From the NCBI GenBank assembly GCA_013265495.1, contig MU058226.1, positions 830,741 through 894,740 of the forward strand: a stretch of DNA of 64,000 nt, read 5' to 3'. The notes below the pieces were generated by a model. It was not told where the DNA came from and ran no database searches. It was given only the letters and a program-made list of their open reading frames with translations. Shown here one piece after another: positions 47,801 to 64,000 of this stretch (the first letter of the stretch is position 1; the number at the start of each line of letters is the position of its first letter). This DNA is from Vicugna vicugna (taxonomy: Eukaryota). A program made the translations under genes and the position numbers.

Positions 47801-50800
47801 ATGGCCACCATCCCGGACTGGAAGCTACAGCTGCTAGCCCGGCGCCGGCAGGAGGAGGCAGTCGTTCGTGGCCGGGAGAAGGCAGAGCGAGACCGGCTGT
47901 CCCAGATGCCAGCCTGGAAGCGGGGACTCCTGGAGCGCCGCCGGGCCAAGCTTGGTCTGTCTCCTGGGGAGCCTAGCCCTACTCCTGGGACTATGGAGGC
48001 TGGACCTCCAGACCCAGATGAGTCTGCCGTCCTCTTGGAGGCCATTGGACCAGTGCACCAGAACCGATTTATTCGGCAGGAGCGCCAGCAGCAGCAGCAG
48101 CGGAGTGAAGAGCTACTTGCGGAGAGACGGTCTGGGCCTTTGGAGGCCCGGGAGCGGAGACCCAGCCCTGGGGAGATGCGGGATCAGAGCCCCAAGGGAA
48201 GAGAGTCAAGGGAAGAATGGCTCAGTCCCAGGGAGGCAAGAGATCGGAGGCTGGGGATAGGGGGAGCTCGAGAGTCAAGCCCCAGGCCTTTGGAGTCTCG
48301 AGACTGGAGGCCAAGCCCAGGAGAGGCTGGAGATAGGAGCTCCAGACTGTCAGAGGTGCGGAAATGGAGGCTGAGCCCTGGAGAAACTCCAGAGCGGAGT
48401 CTGAGACTGGCAGAGCCTCAGGAACAAAGCCCCAGGAGAAAAGAGGTAGTGGAAAGTAGACTGAGTCCAGCAGAGTGTGACAACCAGAAATTTGGCCTGA
48501 CAGAGGCCCATAAATGGTGGCCTGACTCCGGAGAGTCTCAGGAACAGAGTTTGGTACAACTGGAGGCATCAGAGAGGAGGCTGAGCTCAGGAGAAGAAAG
48601 AAAAGACTCCTCGGAGGAATGTGGGAGAAAAGAAGAGAGGCGAATTCCAAAGATGGTCCCAGCAGAGATTACAGGGTCGTCAGAGACTCTGACAAGGGAA
48701 GCTCCAGACAGCAGCTCTGGAGGAGTGGAAGCAAAAGAGCAGAGACCCAGCCCTGAGGAGGATGGCGAGAGGGGCTTGAGGCTGACAGAAGGGTGGAAAT
48801 GGACCCTGAACTCTGGGAAAGTTCGGGAATGGACACCCAGGGACACAGAGACTCAGAAATCAGACCGTCCAGAGTCTGCCGAGAAGCACCAGGGGCCTCT
48901 CAGTACAGAGGCTGGAGAAGCAGAGGCTGAGAAGGAGGAGGCGGAGGCTCAGGGCAGGCCTCTGAGCGCCCTGCAGAACCGCTGTTCTGTGCCCTTCCCC
49001 CTCCCACCAGAGGACGCTGGGACTGGAGGCTCTAGACAGCAGGAAGAGGAAGCAGTGGAACTCCGGCTCCCACCAGCGGCCCCTCTGTCTCCCCCACCCC
49101 CAGCCCCACCTGCCCCCCAGTCCCCTGGGGATCCCCTCATGAGCCGGCTGTTCTATGGGGTGAAGGCAGGGCCAGGGGTGGGGCCCCCCCGCCGCAGCGG
49201 ACACACCTTCACGGTCAACCCCCGGCGGTCCGTGCCCCTTGCAGCCCCTGCCACTCCGGCCACCCCAGCCACAGCTGATGCTGCAGTCCCCGGGGCTGGG
49301 AAGAAGCGGTACCCGACAGCCGAGGAGATCTTGGTTCTGGGGGGCTACCTCCGCCTCAGCCGCAGCTGCCTTGTCAAGGGGTCCCCTGAAAGGCACCACA
49401 AACAGGTAGGGAGCAGCCAAGCCAGACTTCTTAGAAGCCCATGCGTCAGTTCTCCGTGAACGCCTGTCTCTCTCTCTTTTTTATAGCCCTGTATTCTTGT
49501 CTCCATCTATTCTTTCTTGGTCATTTCTGCCACCACCCTTCCTCCCCTGCACACACACCCTTCCTTCTTGTAGCCCTGCTTTTCCATTCATTTCCAAGCC
49601 CAAGGATCCTGCCCGGTAATCCAGCACTGTCCTGGGTGTGTCTCTTTCAGGGTGTGCCCAGGCTGCTCACTCTCCCTTCCCTTAGGCTCTGAGTACCCCC
49701 GCCCCCCATTCTTTCCATTCCTGAGTCTGTCACCCAACCCAGCCCATCTGGTAGGAGACCTGAGCTGAGGCCACAGCCTGGAGTCTATGAGGGCAGGGTC
49801 CTCAGGATGAGAGCACTTCCAGCCTTACAGGGAGAGAACATTGGGCAGGAAACTGGGGCAGGGGACAGGGGATAGCTTTGGGGTTCTAGGGAGAAATGGC
49901 AGGGAGAAGAGAGTGGAGGAATGTCTCCCAGTCCCAGGGAACTGGGGGGGGAGGGGGGAGCAGAGCGGAGTGGGGACATCCTAGGATAAAGGGGGTAGGG
50001 GAGTGGAACAGGGCTGGCCAAAGAGCAGAGAGAAGGCTTTTGAACCCCCAGTCTGCCCCACGGGAGAGACACACACAGAGGCCATTTGAAGTGGGTGACC
50101 TCAAGGTTGCACACCCCCAGCTGGGCCACTGCTTCAGACAGTGCTCCCTTCTCTCTTGGGACAAGAAAAGCCTTCTCCTCTTCCAAAATGCCCCCCACAC
50201 CTCCCTCTCTGTCCTTCCTCCCTGGGCTTCCCCTCCCTCCCCAGAACTGGCTCAGCAGTTGGTTTTCCCCTCTTCCTGCTACTCTGGCCTCTCCCTCCCC
50301 TTGGGGTAGAAAGAGAAGTGAATTGGGAGGCACTGCCCTTATAGCAGGGAGTACAATGGGAGCTAGGGACAAGGGTGGGGGCTGAGGCCAGCAGAGGGTC
50401 AGAGGTTAAACTGGAAAGAGGCCATGCAGGGAAGTGGGAATGGCCAGGCCGACTTCTTCCCCAGACCCTGGCCAAACTCCTTCCCCACACCAGTTTTCAG
50501 CTTGAATATCTCCAAGGAAAGAGAGGTTCCTGCATCTAATGCATCACCCCAGAGACTGGGAAGTTCTTCCTCGTTTCCAGTTCCCATCCCACCTGTGACA
50601 TCCTGATTTGTTTTTTGTGTCTTCAGTGTCAGTGGGAAAGCACAGGGGCCAAAGCTCGGGGATCACTTGACTCCCCAATTCACCTTCACGTGAAGCTTAA
50701 GCCCCCATCCCCGAGCCATGGTCCCTGAGTCTCTCCTGAGCTGCTACAAGCTCCTTCCCCTTCTGGCTGGGCAGATGCAAGGAAGTAGGTCTGGAAAAGC

Positions 50801-53800
50801 CAGCTGGGGGTGTTCAGAAAAGTCACTTCCTACTGTAGAGGTTGGCTTGTGTCTCTGGAGAGGAACAAGAAGGCTGAGGCATGAAGTCTGGGGCCCAAAG
50901 CGCAGGGACTGTCTGAGTGCAGGGCAGGACCTGTGATGTTGACCATACCTAGGTCAGGGAGCAGGGGAGCCGGAAGCAGATCGCCCAAACAGGAAACCTG
51001 GGGTGGGGGCCGGAAGGCTGGTGGGCCTGAGTGGCGAACACGGGGCCATAGGGCTGCCAGAACTGTGCTCAGGATGTGGTGAGAGAATCAGGAAGCAGCC
51101 GCTCGGGGTGGGGGTGGGGAAGAAGCAGCACTGACTTCTCTAGGACCAGACCCCTTCCCCTCAGCCCTCTCAGGCTGGCTCTGCTCTCCCAGTACCCTGC
51201 TCTTCAGGGACTAGCATGTCCTGTCTCCACCCACTGGATCAGGGATAGGAGGACCCGCCACCCAACACCACCCCTCCTTCCCTAAAAACTCCTGTTTGCA
51301 GGCTAATTCCATGCAATGTATCGGTGCTACTGGGGGAGAGATCCCAGCCCTGCTACTGGAGCCCAGGGGTTGGGCCATGGCTGGTGCCCGTCCCTAGAGG
51401 CCCCTCTGGCTGGGAGACCAGCCCCTCCCCTCTCCAGCCCCCTTGTGACCTTATATAGCTGATGAGAGAGGAGTGAGTGAGTCACCCCACTCTGTACCCC
51501 CCCCCATGCCCATGCGGGCTGTGCATTCCTGAGAAGCCCAGTCAGAAGCTAGGGGTGGTGAGGAGAGAAGCGGGGTCAGGGTCGGGGGAAAGAAAAAAAC
51601 ATGGATGGAGAGCAGATGAAATGGACCCTTTTCCAGCATGGACCATAAACTAGGGTGCTTGTTATCCCAAAAGTGGATATGAAAAGAAAACAGAAATGGG
51701 TTCCCAGAAGTTTGAGTAAATCTGTCTGCAAGAGAACCAGAAGTGGTCCCTTTTGAGAAGTTGGGACGTCAGGGGTAAGTTTCCTGTCACTCAATGCTAC
51801 CACAGCTGTTCCACAGACACAGACTAGGGGTTGACTGTGTACAGGATGGACTACCCCACCCCCAGTGGTCCCCCCCCAGTGTTGGTCTTCTGTTGGGACC
51901 TCATCTGTGGTCTGCAAGAACCCTTCCTTACCCATTGTAGCAACTTCCATGCTTCTATTGACAGCAAAGGCAAGGATAAGTAAATTCTCTGGTAGGTTAG
52001 AAGATGGTCAGTGGTTATTGGGGGGGAAAATTAGAGCAGGTATAAGTGGAACCTAGAGGGCCAGGAGGTAGGAGGAGCAACTATACCAACTTTATAATAG
52101 CATCATCCAGAGAGGGACCTGTGATATTTGGGGGAAGAGTGTCCCAGGCAGAGGGAACAGCCAGTGCAAAGGCCCAGAGGTAGGAGTGCCCTTGGTGGGG
52201 CTGGAGGAAATCATTCAGTGTGGCTGGAGTGGAAGAGGATGCCCAAGAGATGAGGGGGAGAGGCACATTGGGAGCACCCTGTTGGCCTTGGTCAGACTCT
52301 GGCTTTTGCTCCCAGTGAAATGGGGGCCAGTGCAGGGTTTGGCCCCAGGGAGTGACACATAGTCTCTGAGTTCTGGCTTCCCATGGGGACCCAGGTGTTA
52401 GTAACCACCTGTCCAGCCACAGTCCTGGCTTCTCTCTCCTCATACCCCAGCCCATGCAGAGACTCATGGATGCAGGGCTTCAGTATCCAGTTCCCCAGAC
52501 AGACTCCAGAGAAGGCCTGAGTAGATCACCTGGACCTTTCTGAGCAGTTCACATGGAATCCTCCTGTTTGTCTCCTTAATCGCTTTGGCTCCCAGAGTTA
52601 ATCTCACCCTGCCCCTTCCCCCTGAGCTTCTTAGGAGGACAAAGGGGAAGGGTAAAAAGGTAGTGAGAACAGCTGGGGCTCGCCTGCTCTTGACACAGTA
52701 TTTTCTTCCCTTCCAGATCCCTCTCTGGTCGTTTGCCTCTGTCTACATGTCCCTTCTGGTGCACTCTCCACCCACCTCCCATGTTTGCCTGGACTTTCCT
52801 CTCTGTCCCTGTCACCTCCCCCATCTGCACCTTTCAGGGACTCAGGGGCTCATCTCCTGTGTGTTGGGGGAGAGTCTCGTTTCCTCTGGGCTTTTCTGTT
52901 GGTCTCTTCTCCCCTCCCAAACCCAAGAGCCTGAACTGTGGGTCTACTCCAGCTGGAGGAGAGGAGTGAGGGGAGTGGGAGGGGCTGGTGTCCAGGGTCC
53001 CCCATTTTCCTGGAACAGCCAGGGGCTGAGGGTATGGAAACCAAGGTGCCTGTCTGCTTTTGTCTGGGACTCCCTCCCCAGCCAGCTCTTTTCTGCTGCC
53101 TAGCCAGCTCAAATCTCACCTCCTCTGGGTAGCCATCCTGGTGGCTCCCAGGGTGCCCAAAGACTCAGTTCTGATCAAAGGACTTATCTCCAGGTCTTTT
53201 AATTTCTTTTTGCCCTTCTGCCTCCCACACTCTAATGAGTGGGAACCTTGGTCCTGTGTTACTTCTGCCACCCAGGCCCCTGCCAAAGCTTCAGGCCAAA
53301 GTCAATGTTTTTGAAATGATATGATTGAAGAGGGAAAATCTGGGATTGGAGTGTGGGTACTGAAAGGAAAACTGTCTTCCAGAATTGGCTGGGGAGGGCA
53401 GAGTCAGCGAAGTGCCCAAATCTAACCCCTACTCCCCATCCTGCACGTGTTACCCTGCAGTCTTTTCCAGTCTGACCTTGCCTCCTCCCCATTTTCTTCC
53501 CACCTTCAGCTCAAGATCTCCTTCAGTGAGACAGCACTGGAGACCACGTACCAATACCCCTCCGAGAGTTCAGTGCTGGAGGAGCTAGGCCCGGAGCCTG
53601 AGGCCCCCAGTGCCCCCAGCCCCCCAGTGGCCCAACCCGACGACGAAGAAGATGAGGAGGAGCTGCTACTGCTGCAGCCAGAACTCCAGGGCGGGCTGCG
53701 CACCAAGGCGCTGATAGTGGGTGAGCTCAGGCTCCGCCGGCCCGAAGGCGCCCCCTGGTGTTCAGAGTGGACACTGCGGTCCAGGAGGGAAGGGGAGGAT

Positions 53801-54397
53801 TAACGTTGGTGCTTGGAAGGGATTCTATCCCAACTCGCTCCTTTAACTGATGGGAAAACTGAGGTCCTGGAAAGCAAAGTGCACATGGGGTGTCTATACT
53901 TTAAAGCCAGGACTCTTTCTGAGCGCTCTAGCATGGTTAAGAACCCAGAGTTTGGATCAGACAGGCCTGAGTTTGACAATTCCATCTTGTCTTTTACTTG
54001 TGGTGTGACCTCAGGGAAATCACTTGACTTCTGGCCTCAGTTTAGTATTTGGGAAATGGGTTTAATAACAACTATCTCCTGCAGTTGTTAAGAGGGTTAA
54101 GTAATTCTTGTAAAGCAAGTAGGAACTATGGGTGGAGATCCAGTCACTTAACTTCTCCTGGGATTACTGTAAGATGAAACAAGTTACGAGAATGGCTGGC
54201 ACAGCATCCAGGCTAAGTGAGTGATGGCTGATTACTGATAGTAACAAGCACTCAGGATGTGGAAGCTATCAGAAGATTTCCTACGTGCCAACTGGCCTTC
54301 GGTTTGGGGAGTGGGTGGGAGAGGCGGGAGGCTGGGACCCTCACTCACTCTCTATGCTTATTGCCTCCTCTCCACAGATGAGTCCTGCCGGAGGTGA
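47801..54397 (+). CDS. PPP1R18: Phostensin / PP1 regulatory subunit 18, 3 coding exons, 611 aa: join(47801..49405,53510..53720,54378..54397)
   Basis: MATIPDWKLQLLARRRQEE...AIGPVHQNRFIRQE...KKRYPTAEEILVLGGYLRLSRSCL...KQ|LKISFSET (KISF PP1-docking motif)...YQYPSESS...LRTKALIV|DESCRR*. Exons sum to 1836 nt. Confidence 0.95.
53925..54110 (+). mobile_element. MIR fragment
   Basis: GGTTAAGAAC...GGATCAGACAGGCCTGAGTTTGA...TGTGACCTCAGGGAAATCACTTGACTTCT..GCCTCAGTTT. Confidence 0.65.
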
Positions 54398-55257
54398 CCC
54401 TTTTCTGACACAAGGATATACCTCCCTCCTCAGAACTGAAGATTCTGGAGCCCAGAAGATTCAGAGCAGACAGACCCTGAAAATGAGCCTGGCAGGGAAG
54501 GGCAACCAACATCCTCCAACTTGCTTTCCTCATCCTTTTTCTGGGGGCAAAGGCAACTGCTCAGTTTCCACCCTCATCAGGCATGCTGGTATATCCCAGG
54601 TTATGCAAGATCCCAGATCTCCATGAAGTCCTGGAGAGGAGCACAGAGCTCACTGGGGGTGGAGATGGAGTACCTCCTCCATCTCCATGGGCAGGGTATA
54701 CTCTCCTTACAGCCTTTCTGACTCCCCACCACCCCCTGGGGGCTCTCAGGATTTAAGCACCCATCTCCCTGGGAGACCTGGCCCCTACTCCATTTACAGG
54801 CACCTCTCCTTCCTGCTCCTTAGGTCACTACCCCTTTGTTTACAGCTCCTGCCTCCTCTCTTGACCACACTCTGGTTTACAAACCCACCAGTTCCCAGAG
54901 TTCCCGGCCCCACCTGCCAAAGTCCCAGGTTTACAAGCTACGCCTACTTGCCTGTTGGCGTGGAATCCTCTCCCCTGTCCCCTGCATTCACCTCATTGGG
55001 AGTGACCTGGGGGTATGGCTTCCTCCACTTTTGCTCAGTATTACTGTGTCTCAGTTTTCCCCAAGAGGGAAGGCTGGGAACCTTAACTCTGTACCCCTTC
55101 TAGTTATTTAATTCTATTCCTCCGAGTGGTTCACAACTGAATTGAATTGCGAGGGTGCAGGGTGAGAAATGAGGCACTTCAACTCTCTTCCCCCATTTCC
55201 TCTTCCTTCTCAATTGCCTGTGCTTTTTGTTTGTTTGTTTGTTTTTTAACTTTCCAT

Positions 55258-55263
55258 AATAAA
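55258..55263 (+). terminator. PPP1R18 poly(A) signal
   Basis: AATAAA about 860 nt after the stop codon. Confidence 0.6.
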
Positions 55264-57079
55264 ATGGAGCTCTCTCCGACTCTCCTGCTGCTTCTCCTTC
55301 TGTAGATAAAATGCATGTTGGGGTGGGGGGGCAGGGCTCTGGGTTTCTCATTCCAAGCCTCTCCCATTTTCTTACTGGGCATGAAGAGGAAGTGGCCATG
55401 GCTGTGGGAGGGGAAAATGATGGGGATGAACCAGGAACTCAGCACTGACATGTATTAAGGGCTCTGGGAGAGCCCTGCACCAGTTTCTCAAAGGGCTAGT
55501 TGAAGGACTGGTTTGGGGGAAGGGCAGTTGAAGTATCCATGAGACGGGTAGTACTACAAGGGCAGACTATGTCCATTGTGTTCACTGCAGTATCCCCATG
55601 CCTGGCATGTAGGAGACACACAGTATTCTTTCAAGAATGAATGACTGAATAAATGAGTGAATAATTGAAAAGCAGCTAAAAATTTGGAAGCAAAGGATAC
55701 TCTGAATTGAAGGATTCTGGTATTCAGAAGCCTAGTACAATCCAAGCAGCCAGAGAGTGTGTGACACTGGCTAATCCAGGGGCTTTTACTCCAAGACTCG
55801 GGACCATAAATAATTAACCTGAAATTACTGCAAAATATGGTGTATGTACAGAAGTGCAGTTTCCAAAAAAAGTCTCTGCTAGACAATACGTTTTATATTC
55901 TCAAAATTTTAAGAACCATCCAAAATTCGTGGCTTTGTGGCCCAAGTATCGTTGACATTAAGAGATTTTCCCATTTCAGTACGTTTCTATCTTCTACAAA
56001 CGTGGAAGATCTTTATTTTACTTATCAGTTCATTTTTTCAGTTCTCCATGCTAGTAAGGTCATGGTTGAATACTTACAGTCCTTCTACTATTAGAAGATG
56101 CTCTTCTCAATCTAGTCAGAGGAGAGTTCCCCTTTTATTAAAAATATCATGTATTATACAAATTGATCTTAAACATATATCAAAGGTCTTTAGCATACTA
56201 GCAAGGGAACTAGCAAAGGAACAAGCAAGGTATCAAGAGAATGAGCCACTTCAGAGAGGCTGTGGAAGGAAACAATACTTATATTAGCTAATTAGGTAAA
56301 GATCCTAATCAGATATGATTCAGGAAAGCAGAGGCAGGAAGCTCTGAGGTGCCAGGGGTGCCCACAGTCCATTTCAGAAACAGAAAACAGTGCATCCAAG
56401 AAGTCAATGATGTGGAGCTACCTGTGACTGTTAATTAGAATAATAAATGCTTTGTTTCCCAACAGTAGTATCTGATAAATCCAATTAACATAAAAGCGTA
56501 AAGCAAGATCAGAGGTCAGAGAGCAGTCAAGCAACAAACTCTGCTTATTTAGAATTAAGAAGCCACCAGTCAATTTCTTAATATGTTAGCAAAAAAATGC
56601 AGAATTCAGTTTGCACATTCCTTAGTTTGGAGACCTGTTAAAAAAACTTTCGGAGACAGCAAGAAGGCATTTTTTTTATCCTCCAGATCCCAGTTTCTTC
56701 CTGCCTGGAGTCCTCGTTTAAGCCTAACCTGTATTCACTTCTGTGGAAGGTACCAGTCTTAGCAAACGTCACTCCTAATCAGCACAGGCTAATCTGTAAT
56801 AAACATGGACTTGATCTTCTAGTTGTAAATAGAACCCCTACCCACAACACACAGTGACACATTTTGCATTGTTTTGGGCTCCATAGAACTTACATGTTTT
56901 ATTTATTATGCATCTTGTCTTCCTTCCTCCCCAAACCACTGTAAATTCGGCAAGGGATTTGTTTCTGATTTGTTTTTTTTGCTACATCCCCAGGGACTAA
57001 AACTGTTCTTAGCATGGATTAGGTGCTCAGCATTTGTTGAATGAAATGAGTGAGTGAAACACCCATGAATGACCAATAG

Positions 57080-63968
<6,889 letters not shown>

Positions 63969-64000
63969 TGAGAGGAACCCCTAGGGTCTGGAACTCAGCT

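Overview
Mammalian genomic DNA from the conserved framework block of the MHC class I region. Gene order is IER3(+), FLOT1(+), TUBB(-), MDC1(+), NRM(+), PPP1R18(+), then the 5' part of DHX16(+). I assembled every gene by hand from GT-AG junctions, and each gives an uninterrupted frame: IER3 155 aa, FLOT1 427 aa, TUBB 444 aa, MDC1 1904 aa, NRM 262 aa, PPP1R18 611 aa, and DHX16 coding exons 1-8. Seven tRNA-Ala-derived SINE copies resembling camelid Vic-1, with no Alu, B1, Bov-tA or PRE1 seen, suggest a camelid (inference). Introns and spacers carry old L1, L2, MIR, LTR and DNA-transposon fragments. I found no convincing new biological system. The most interesting details are small: a stop-free in-frame IER3 intron (IEX-1L-like isoform possible), a tiny L1 inserted into the branch-point region of the MDC1 FHA exon, a tailless SINE half with target-site duplications (TSDs), an L2-donated TUBB poly(A) signal, a Roquin CDE hairpin beside the IER3 poly(A) signal, and changes in the MDC1 phospho-motifs and PST repeat array. 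Repeat family names come from recall and need RepeatMasker confirmation.
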